A stretch of 64,000 bases of DNA from Basidiobolus meristosporus CBS 931.73 (lineage: Eukaryota > Fungi > Basidiobolomycota): assembly GCA_002104905.1 (NCBI GenBank), contig MCFE01000204.1, positions 62,001 to 126,000 on the forward strand, written 5' to 3'. Numbering within the stretch: position 1 is the stretch's first letter; every line of letters begins with the position of its first letter. The notes under the pieces were generated by a model. The model was not told where the DNA came from. It ran no database searches and saw only the letters and a list, made by a program, of their open reading frames with translations. Below are positions 1 through 10,150 of the stretch, piece after piece. The translations under genes were made by a program, and so were the position numbers.

Positions 1-2905
1 CCTTCGTTGAAAACACTTCTTGAAACGCAGGGCGACGATAACAACAATCCAAATCCTTTCGTTCGATTTTTCTTTCAGAATTTTGTTCAAACCTTTCCTT
101 TTTTGAAAGAATCCGACGCTACCATATGGAGCAAGCTTGAGGAATTTTTGGGGGAGATAGCAAAACTGCGTTTCTCTAACTATGCTACCAGCCAGAAAGA
201 GAAGAGCCAGAGGGAGCGGCTTGCACTAAAGGCCGAGAAGCTGTTTGTGCTACTTTTCAACACCAGCATTAAAGTGGTGAAGCCTCCAGCGCAATACGCA
301 GTAGAGCAGGCTCAACAGGAGCAGGTTCCCCCAATTCCACCCCGTAGATACGTTTCGGAAGATGATTATTTGAAAACCCAGCCAGGAACCACCACGGTGG
401 ATGTGATTGGTGTGAGAAAACTCGAAGAAAAGGCGATTTTGAACAAGACTCGTACGGTATGACAGTAACTAGCTGTCCATTGTACCGGTAACATTTGCTT
501 ACTGTATTGAGAAATAGGAGTTTTTGGTGCAATGTCATTTGAATGGGGACAGCGCACCAATTTGTTCTTGGCGAAAACACTCGGAATTCCGTAAACTTTA
601 CACAAAGGTAGGATCAATCGACAGTTGAGTTCTCGGCAATGCTTGGCTAAGTCTTCGTTAGTTGAGACGCGAATTCCCTAGCTACTATATCCCATCGCCA
701 CCTCAGAAATACATGGAAAAACACGGGTTCCTCTATCGTGAAAAGGATCGTATTTCCTTGAGATCCTATATACGCACTTTAGTGGCGTTGCCCTCACCTG
801 TCGGAAACTCTCCTATAGTTCTTGAATTTCTTACCATGGATCCTGCTCAAATCAACGCCGACGAGTTGAAGGATGTTGAGCTTAGAAAAAACACCATCAA
901 GGCTAGACTGGAAGAGCAACGCAAATTCATGCAACTGGCCGAGGAAAAGGCCAAGGATCTAGAGCAAATGTCCAGCGCCTTGAGACAAGATTTACTCCAA
1001 TCCGGTTTGTAGCCCTTCTATGCTAATCGATCAGCAAACCACGGTGTCTAACAGTGGTCACACCTAGGTGGGTTGCAAAGAATGTCGCAAGTTTTATACA
1101 GTGTGGATCAGATTTCGGATTTACCCGAGCATTACTTCAAGTCGATCGAACAAATGAGAGTCAGGTGAGCCACCGATTCCATCAGACTGGGACATCCTAG
1201 ATTATGTTTTCTAAACAAGTATGGCCCACCAGCTTCGCCTTCACCCTCTATCGCATGTACTGTTTTGACGAAGAGGCCCCGCACAATCTACAACGTTTGA
1301 AGCACACACATGCGCTTATTCCGTATCGCACTCTTAAAACGGTCCTGAAACTGTCGAATCCTACCGCAGTGGTCAAGGCCGTGCTTGACCTATTTCTGGC
1401 TCAACCGTTCAAGAAGCCAAGTTTGATGCAAAGAATAATCAACATCAATCTAGGTGACAGGGTCAAACAAAGCCAGACTGAATCGGATGCCCTGCGCGAA
1501 GCTATTGCTGATGATCAGCTCTCCGACAAGATCAAAAACTACGTCTATTCCGAGGGAGTCCTCCAATGTGACGGTGACTCGGGTAACGTGGTTCCTTGGT
1601 TCCAACGATTGATGTGACATTAATGGTATATTGTTCCACAGGATCTACTGAGATGCAAACCATTGTTCAGATTCTGAATGATAACAGTGTTCAGCCGGAG
1701 ATTAGTCCCGAAAAAATTGTTGCATTGTGGCAGGCACAAGAAGTCATGGACAATCCACCAAGTACGTTTGTTCTGGAACCAGACAATCAACAGTCGACAT
1801 TTCCCCATTTTGACCCCGCAATTCACGAGGCCAAGCTACAGCTGGAGCGTCTTAATAGACTGCTTACTTGTCTAACTCATCAGAGGAACATCGAATTATT
1901 CACGAAGCTCATGCTGGAGGTATCTTGGCACCAAACGAATCCTTCCAGGGCCTTTTGTTAACCATGATGAATACCTTTAGGGTGTAACAGGCGAGATTTT
2001 CAAACAGATTTTGGCTATTGTATACAAACCTCTTGCACGTATCTATAAGGTTGGTTGAGTTCATTTCGGCACATAGCAAACTAGTAATTGACAGCGTTGT
2101 ATAGGACGCGAAAATCGAAAACTTCATCATGGATATCTCGCGATTTGTGGACGATTTGATCAAAACGGTGGAGGAATACGAAGAGCAGGACGGTAAGCCA
2201 TGCGCTCTATGGAATTTAAAGGCATCCATTTGAAGGATATTAAGACAGCCCCAACTAGTCACCTCCGAGCATTATATCGACCCAATCAAGTCCTTTACCG
2301 AGCTGATCAAACGCCACGATCAAAATCTCTATCGATTCATCCACAACCTGTATAAGCAACAGAGCGAAGGAATCTTCAAACGCTTGATTGAGTGGTTCGA
2401 CAAGATCTTGTTCAATCTACGGGAGGGAGTCGTCACGGAGCCTATTGATTTGGATCAGCTTGTTCATGAGAACATCAAGCCTTCGGACAGGCCAGAGCTA
2501 GCAAGTGACTTGGACAAACTTGCCGATTACAATCAGAAACGAAAAGCCAGACAGCACCGGAAGCTTCGTAAGAAGATCATGCATGGCATGGGGTTACCCA
2601 GTAACCCCGACGGTACTGATGACAATTGGGCTATTCCTGAAATGGACCAATTCATACAATCTAATCAGCTGCCTGTCTCGTCTGATGATATCGTCGATTT
2701 CATGTATCCATGGCAAGACTCGTCAGACGACGAGAGTCTTGTGGGAACCTTCAGTAGTATGAAAGTCAGCAATTCCCCTGGAAGAAAGTCCCCGAGATTC
2801 AAACCCAAAATCAAGGAACCTAAAGTACCCTATCCGCAATTATCAGCGACCACCAGCCTTGTGCAACCCTTTGCTCGCTTGGCGCAAGAGAGATTCTCCA
2901 AGTAA
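1..2905 (+). CDS. PX-domain protein with DUF3818/PX-associated regions (yeast YPR097W/Lec1-like), multi-exon, 5'-partial
   Basis: Spliced exons give a PX-like segment (EFLVQCHLNGD..RKHSEFRKLYTK|LRREFPSYYIPSPP) and the family segment SFAFTLY..HNLQRLKHTHALIPYRTLKTVLKLSNPTAVVKAVLDLFLAQPF. GT-AG introns join all ORF pieces in frame. Stop TAA at 2903-2905. Confidence 0.8.
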
Positions 2906-3463
2906 GAATCACCCAACGTTTATGCTAATTGCTTCAGTGTTATGGATTGTTATCAACCATCATTTCTGCCACCACGTTTGTTGGGGTGTTCTGCTTAAAT
3001 TCTCAACTTTACATAAAATCTACGTTATAAGAAACCCCTGGTAGCACCAAATGCCAATTTGGTAATATGCTTTATTGTGTGCCCTTGTTAGGTGTATGGA
3101 CTTCTACTAATCATCTGGGCATAAATACCATGCATCCTCATAATATGAGTTGGTTATTAATTGCCATCAGCTCCAGGATATCCTGGCGAATTGCATAAAT
3201 TACGATTTGCCATATATGTAAGACTCGTTTGTTTGTGTGGTAAGGATGGTCAGGTCAAGATTCACGATTCATGAAATCTGGTTTAAGGAATTTTTCTCAT
3301 ACGGTCCGGATGTTCACGAGACCAAGTCAGGTGCAAGTCAACCGGTTTCTGAGAATCAAAATCGCCTGTTGAGGTCCTTCAACTTCACATTGAAGAGAAT
3401 ACCTCTCAAACAGCTCCTTTTTTATCTGTAATTCTTTCACCCAGGTGCTCCTGAATGTGGATA

Positions 3464-4829
3464 ATGGAAAACAACATTTGGTTGTCGCAAATATGTGGCT
3501 ATGCCTCAATATTTTTTTGGGTGGTGGTATTCACGCCGTAAGTTTCCGTTTTCTGTTCTGCTCAATTCCCTTGGAGTAGTCTTCTGAGTTGCTTCCATGC
3601 AGACAACTATATGAGAACTGGAAACGCAAAAGCAGCAATTCCTTATCCCTTACATTTGTGACCATTTGGATAGCCGGAGACGTTTTCAATTTAATTGGAG
3701 TGTACCTTCAACAACTGCTTCCTACTATGGTATTGTTAAAGCGTGCAACTCCTTGCCTCTATCCATCCACTTACCGTCTCACAGCTTTTCTTAGCTTCGT
3801 ATTACTCTCTTGCCGACGTAAAGTGTATTTCTATATTTCCGTGTCGTCTACTGGGAACTTATTCATTTCAATAGGTCGTACTGCTTTTTCAAGTGATATA
3901 CTACCGACGAAATGATTTCTATGAAGAGGATGAGCATTCTGCTTTGATAGACTATGCACCAGATTCATACAGCACCATTCCTGTTAACGGTGGAAGCACC
4001 CATAGGAGGCGAAGTAGCTACTGGTCCTATGTGCTTATACCGACGATATGTCTTGTAGGGCTGGGAGTGCTTGGCTTTAGTTTGGGTGGTATATCGAATG
4101 TAGAGGATCGCAATCAAAGACAGGATTTGGGTGCTTCGGGCCTTCTCTTTGCTTATGTAATTATATCTGTTGGATATGACATAGTAATTAGAAATTGAAT
4201 ATCGATTTGACCTAGGGTACGGGAAATCTGCCAAGCGAGGCAGAGATTTCTTTTGTTGCTCAAATCTTCGGATGGATTTCCGCCGTGTTGTATGGTAGGT
4301 TGACTTTGCGCTTTCTCGAAGTACCCTTCTAAATGTTTCGATTGCCTGAATTGATAGTTGGGGCCCGTATCCCACAAATATGGAAGAACTATCAAGACAA
4401 ATCATGCGATGGCTTATCGTGGATCATGTTTGCACTGTGTGTACTTGGAAACGTGACCTACGTGGGGGTAAGTTAGCCTCAAGCTATGATGAAGGCAGGA
4501 ATGCCGCTAATCTCTATGCAGTCCATTCTCTTCTATTCTACCGAGAAGTCGTACATTCTGATGAACCTAGCCTGGCTTGTTGGAAGGTATGACCAAGTAT
4601 TTACAGACGAGTTTTCCACCTTACTAAACCTATCCATCGATTACCAAGTGGAGGCACGCTGTTCTTCGACTTCACGGTAACTAGTCTATTCGCGACACTC
4701 GCTGCCATTGCATGAAGTTTTAACTCTTGTCTCAAGATTTTTTATCAATTTTGGATCTATCGAGGAATCAAGCGCAATGCCGATGGATATAGCGTATTTT
4801 CCACCAATGAAAGCACATTCTCAGACTAA
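3464..4829 (+). CDS. PQ-loop vacuolar/lysosomal basic amino-acid exporter (Ypq1/Rtc2/PQLC2 family), multi-exon
   Basis: ATG at 3464. Two PQ-loop repeats after splicing: GYASIFFWVVVFTP|QLYENWKRKSSNSLSLTFVTIWIAGDVFNL and FGWISAVLY|VGARIPQIWKNYQDKSCDGLSWIMFALCVLGNVTY. Last exon IFYQFWIYRG..FSD-stop. Confidence 0.9.
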
Positions 4830-6014
4830 CCTGCCATACAACGCTTACCTTAAAAACCCGTCAACCTAATATGTAATATTTATACTGGCAAATCCACACA
4901 AATGCACCAAATTTTCTACAGGTTGTCCCTAATGATAATTCTACATGTCACATGACCCAATTCGCCGTGTGGCTGATGTATATATAAAGTGGATCGATTA
5001 AACTTTTTCCATTCCAGGTTGTCATTTTCCATGGCGTGTTCTCGACTTCTGGTTGCTTCCTGGTGCCTGCGCAACGGTGAGAGTGCCTTATAATAGCCCA
5101 CCACAGTGCCAAATCCACTAGTTTCCCACGATCACGGTCTCGTACCAGCCAAGATTTCAGGTTGTGGGACTGCAAAGATGTCATTAGGTAGGGTGGTGTT
5201 GGAAATTACTCGTTCGAAGTAGGTGGTTTGGCTTCAGTGAATGATAGGATTAGAAGAGCTCAGGATGGCATCGGCAGTGTATTCGTCATAGAGAGAGTGC
5301 ATACCGGCTACGTAATCAGCACTGTCAAGCCATCATACACCAAAATAAGGCATCCCTAAGTTTCTATTTCTCCGTTCTTGGCCTTCTCATAAGGAGACGT
5401 GCCACATAATGTGTCATCCAGATGAATGGAGCTTGGTTCCTGCCTTCGAAAGCAGTACGCATCCTATAAGATCTGGACTTGTCATCCGGTTGTATAGATG
5501 CTATCGTTACTCGTTTGAAATTGGAACATAGGCCATGTCACCGGTTTCAGCGCCATATTGGTAAGCACATTCCGTACGAATCCTGGGCTGAGCATATAGC
5601 CTGGACATCGTTACCTTGCCATACAAGCCTCAAAGCATCCTTGGCCCACTGTGACATTATAGGATGACTAGATAGGAGGAATTGCATGATATCACCTCAT
5701 TTACACATTGGCATTTCGAGATGCTCGCAATGATTGCTGGTGGAGTGATCTACTTCTTGTAATGTTGGTCAACCATCAGGAATGAATGGCATCTCGTATG
5801 TATTGAATTAGTAATGGCTGACTCAGGCTGCTTGGTTGTTTCAAAGGTTTCAAGACGAAAGCGTCACGAGTAGGCCTACGTTATGTGCATTGACTAGCAT
5901 ATCTCACATAACACATAGATATTACACTGTTCTCATTGGAGGGTGCGAAAACACCAAGGATTTAAATACCAATCGCACCCTTTTCTACTTTATCCAGCAT
6001 TGGAGACTTGAATC

Positions 6015-7514
6015 ATGGGCATTAGCAAAAACGATACATCCCAAACTCTTGAACTACCTGATGGGAAGTCCATCCAGGTAAACACTCACCTTTTCATCAA
6101 TGGCGAGTTTGTCCCTTCACACAGCGGGAAAACTTTCGAGACAATCAATCCTGTCACTGAAAAGGTGATCTGCAAAGTCGCCGAAGCTGACGAAAAGGAT
6201 ATCAATAATGCTGTTCAAGCTGCCAAAGAGGCCTATTTCAGTGTTTGGTCCAAAACTACTGCTTCAGAGCGAGGCCGCCTACTTTACAAACTTGCTGATT
6301 TGATGGAACAGCACACGGAAGAGTTATCCCTACTCGAATCTCTCGACAATGGTAAAACCGTGTCTGACGCGAAGAATGTTGATATTCCTGGGGCAATTGG
6401 ATGCTATCGCTATTATGCAGGTTGGGCCGACAAGATCCATGGAAAAGTTATCCCCACCTCTGATTTGAATCAGTTTAGCTACACTCGACACGAGCCGATC
6501 GGTGTAGTCGGGTGCATCATACCATGGAATTTCCCTGTTCTCATGCAAGCATGGAAGCTTGGTCCTGCCCTGGCTACAGGAAACACTGTAGTCATAAAGC
6601 TGGCCGAGCAAACCCCGTTAACTGGGCTGTATATCGCCAGATTAATCAAAGAAGCGGGATTCCCTCCTGGTGTTGTAAACGTGATAAACGGCTTTGGCAA
6701 AGTCGCTGGAGTGGCGCTTGCTTCTCATCCGGATGTTCATAAGATCGCATTCACCGGGTCAACCGTTACTGGACGTGCGATCATGAAAGCTGCTGCTGAC
6801 AGCAACATCAAGAAAGTATCATTAGAGCTGGGCGGCAAAAGTCCGAACATCATCTTTGCTGACGCAGATATTGACAAGGCAGTTCAATGGTCCAGTTCAG
6901 GCATATACTTCAACCACGGCCAGTGTTGTTCCGCAGGATCACGCATTTATGTTCAGGAAAGCATATACGACGAGTTCTTGGAAAAGTTTAAGAAACATGC
7001 CCAATCAATCCAGCTTGGAGATCCATTCGACTCAAAGACTACACAGGGCCCCCAGGTATCCAAACTTCAGTTCGACCGAATTATGGATTATATCGAACTA
7101 GGTAAGAAAGAAGGCGCTACTTGTGAATTAGGAGGAAAGCGATGGGGTGAGGTTGGATATTATATTCAGCCAACTATCTTTACCAATGTCAATGAAAATA
7201 TGAAAATTATGAAGGAGGAGATATTCGGTCCGGTGGTGGCCATTTGTAAATTCAAGGATGAAAACGACGCGCTTGAGAAAGCCAACGCTTCAGCATATGG
7301 ATTAGCTGCTGCTGTCTTTACCACCGATATGTCCAAAGCAATCAAGATGTCCAACGAGCTTCAAGCTGGTACTGTTTGGGTGAATTGTTATAACGTTCTC
7401 GACAGTACCACACCCTTTGGTGGTTACAAAGAGTCTGGATTTGGACGAGAGCTAGGAAAGTATGCTTTGTCGCTTTACACCCAGATTAAGACGGTCAAGA
7501 TGAATGTCGCCTGA
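6015..7514 (+). CDS. aldA: NAD-dependent aldehyde dehydrogenase (ALDH1/2 type), intronless, 499 aa
   Basis: Motifs ESLDNGK, IPWNFP, KLAEQTP, AFTGST, catalytic ELGGKSP and GQCCSAGSR, EEIFGP, PFGGYKESGFGRELG. Confidence 0.97.
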   Translation: MGISKNDTSQTLELPDGKSIQVNTHLFINGEFVPSHSGKTFETINPVTEKVICKVAEADEKDINNAVQAAKEAYFSVWSKTTASERGRLLYKLADLMEQHTEELSLLESLDNGKTVSDAKNVDIPGAIGCYRYYAGWADKIHGKVIPTSDLNQFSYTRHEPIGVVGCIIPWNFPVLMQAWKLGPALATGNTVVIKLAEQTPLTGLYIARLIKEAGFPPGVVNVINGFGKVAGVALASHPDVHKIAFTGSTVTGRAIMKAAADSNIKKVSLELGGKSPNIIFADADIDKAVQWSSSGIYFNHGQCCSAGSRIYVQESIYDEFLEKFKKHAQSIQLGDPFDSKTTQGPQVSKLQFDRIMDYIELGKKEGATCELGGKRWGEVGYYIQPTIFTNVNENMKIMKEEIFGPVVAICKFKDENDALEKANASAYGLAAAVFTTDMSKAIKMSNELQAGTVWVNCYNVLDSTTPFGGYKESGFGRELGKYALSLYTQIKTVKMNVA

Positions 7515-7664
7515 GATTGCACCTCTTTAAATTCTCACAAATAGGAAAGTTTCTTAAATGAACATCGTTCAAAATATCACTCAACTACTTTATTGCAGCT
7601 AAAAGTAAAAGCGGTCTGAATGTATAATAAATTGCTATCGTAGCAATATCAACGATACAATCAG

Positions 7665-7841
7665 TTAATATTTCAGTATTATGTAAAAAGCATGGATTAC
7701 CCCAGGAATGTATCCAAGAAGAGTTAAGGCGATGTTGATTAAGAGGTCACAATGGCATGGACCACGTTCCAGCAGCACTCCCAGTGGGGGAAATATGACG
7801 GCGAAGAAAAACTTAAAGATGTCTGTGCAAGTTAGTGCCAT
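7665..7841 (-). CDS. PMP3: Plasma membrane proteolipid Pmp3/RCI2 (UPF0057), 58 aa
   Basis: MALTCTDIFKFFFAVIFPPLGVLLERG..DLLINIALTLLGYIPGVIHAFYIILKY matches the family pattern. ATG at 7841. Confidence 0.95.
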   Translation of the reverse strand: MALTCTDIFKFFFAVIFPPLGVLLERGPCHCDLLINIALTLLGYIPGVIHAFYIILKY

Positions 7842-8292
7842 CTTAGTGATTGATGTGGCACATTGCAATGCGACAATGCTCTTATATAATTTGCATAGAC
7901 TAGCATGTAATGCAGCAAGGGATATTATTTATCATTACCCCTATCTCCTCTGTGCGGCCAACGGGTTGAACAATGATATTGGAGAAGGCTACATTTTGCA
8001 GTCTAACTCCTTATATCGTGTTGAACCCCTCAAATCAAACTTGCAGCTTGGGGTATGGAAACCCTGATCAGAACTGGAATAAATACTGGCTAGCCTTTAT
8101 ACATGGGTGTTGTTTGTAACATGGATCATTTCCATGGTGAATAGTGTGTATGAATACTCATGGGAAAAGTGAAAGTAGAATACTCATGTTTAATTGATAA
8201 AGCTTTAACCAAATGGAAAAGGATTATTGTAAGGGCAATGGTGGGTACGAGTTAGCAGAATCATTAAGACGCTAGGAGTTGATAGAGGTGAT

Positions 8293-9021
8293 TCATGCCA
8301 TTACATCGTCGTAATATGTACCATCGATGACACCGCCTCGCATACTGCGGCGGACGTTTCCTTCGAAATGTCGTCGATCAGTTCTCAAATCTTGAGCAGC
8401 TTCTACGCTCCGCCGGAATTTACATTAGAAAATGAAAGTCATTCGAATACTTCTATATATCTTGGCAAACCTTTGTTCAACGGATCGTCGGCATTCGGTT
8501 CAAGGAACAGGTACTGGAGCCCTACCACCACGGAGTTGATATTAAGCACAGGTTTCCAATCTTCACGTAAAATGTTTAGACAGATATTCCCTTCGAGGTC
8601 AATGTTGGGATGGTATATCTAGGGCATAAATGAGAAACATAACTTCGGGAAGAGCAAGAAGGGCAAGTAGTACCTTTTGAGTGCAGTGAACTTTCGGGGG
8701 TTCATGTGGATAGTTGTTGTTGATTTTGAAGGTGAACTTGAATTCACCATTTTTATAGAAGCCTTCGTCTGGCTTGATGCTCAAGTCGAAATTCAACAAA
8801 TCCTCAGGAGATGGGAACGTCATCTCCATAGTTTTAGGTAATTCCAATTCCGAGAGATCTAGAGGGGACAAGTTAGCATAAAGAAATGCTGACAACGCAG
8901 GATTCTCCAGGAAAGCCAGCACAACAGTACCTTTTTGGACGCGTATCTGGGCAGCACTGACTTTGGGCTTTTTCTTCTCGGCAGCGGCGGCCTCTTTTTT
9001 CATACTAAAGAGTTTGATCAT
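8293..9021 (-). CDS. UBC12: NEDD8-conjugating enzyme Ubc12, multi-exon
   Basis: N-terminal [36 protein letters not shown], and [20 protein letters not shown] with the catalytic Cys. Confidence 0.97.
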
Positions 9022-9682
9022 GATTCTTTACAAAGGCTAGGAATGTTAGGTGGGTGAAATAGTATCAAGTACAGAGGACGAAATATGCTGCTACTAGAAT
9101 GACGCACCAAGAATTTCTGAAACATCGATACAATGGCGATTCCAATATTTTACAGACTTCGAATCGAGAGGATTCGAGCCGCAATTAAGTGATCATTCCC
9201 AGTTCTGGATCATTACATCACTCCGGTCATCGGATTCCATATGGACATTTGACGAATTCCCATAAAGCCGTAAAGCTCTGGAACCCTGTCAATGAACATT
9301 GATCTTGGGTGACAGGATTTGCGATGCTTTGTTATCTGCCTAAACTGTATTCAGGAACAGATGACACTATGGCTCTTGACAGAAAGGATTCCCAGCTGTC
9401 GCTGCGAGATTATTGGTAGCCCGTGAAGGCTTGTCAACTGACCCGGTCTCAATGGACACCAGGCTTCTAGCCACTGAGCAGCGATGTGCCTTGGCTATTG
9501 GTAATGAGCTGCATGCATTAGATGTGAAGGGTTTATTGAAGCCTTAAGGTTACTAGTAGTGACCAGAGGGTGCGTGTCGTACACAGATAACAGCTTGATT
9601 CAAGGATTAAATTATATGCGAGTGTCGGGAGAACATTCCATCTGGAGACTGATCATACACAAAAGAAGGCCATCGGGGACGC

Positions 9683-10150
9683 TTAATGCCCAGGAAGAGC
9701 GTTACGAACATTGTTCAGCAGGTTTTGTGCAGTTGCTGCGAAATTGCCAACATAAGGCTCAAGTGTAGAGCGGCATGTCTCGATGACCTCATTGGTTGGC
9801 TTCTTGATGATAGGAAACTTTCCTTCCAAATAATCCAATGACTTGCAACCGATATCGTCTACCTGTTGGATCTGGCGCTGGAAATGGGTTTGTACAGGCT
9901 TAATGGCTTTGGTCACGGTGCTGAATGCGGAGTTAGCAGTGTCCGCTACAAGATGGACATAGCGGGAGTTCGAGTGTTCAATGTAGCTTCTAACTGCGTT
10001 GACGCTATCTTGTACCACCGGAATTTCGTATATGCGGGTGGCCATATGAAGCTCACTGTCCCCTGTAGTGTTTCCGTTATTGGTTGAGTTTTGTTTTTTG
10101 GAGTTCTCCTTAGAGGCGGCATGACTGTTGGCGTTGGGTTCTTGGCTCAT
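9683..10150 (-). CDS. Perilipin/PAT-domain lipid-droplet protein (Pln1/Mpl1/Cap20-like), about 155 aa
   Basis: PAT-like pattern RIYEIPVVQDS...QIQQVDDIGCKSLDYLEGKFPIIKKPTNEVI. Single exon, ATG at 10150. Confidence 0.75.
   Translation of the reverse strand: MSQEPNANSHAASKENSKKQNSTNNGNTTGDSELHMATRIYEIPVVQDSVNAVRSYIEHSNSRYVHLVADTANSAFSTVTKAIKPVQTHFQRQIQQVDDIGCKSLDYLEGKFPIIKKPTNEVIETCRSTLEPYVGNFAATAQNLLNNVRNALPGH

Noticed and set aside
6330-7354. Short alternative-frame and antisense ORFs inside ALDH (and similar ones inside TPS2, PSY2, DOA4)
   Set aside because: They lie wholly within well-supported genes and have no independent features.
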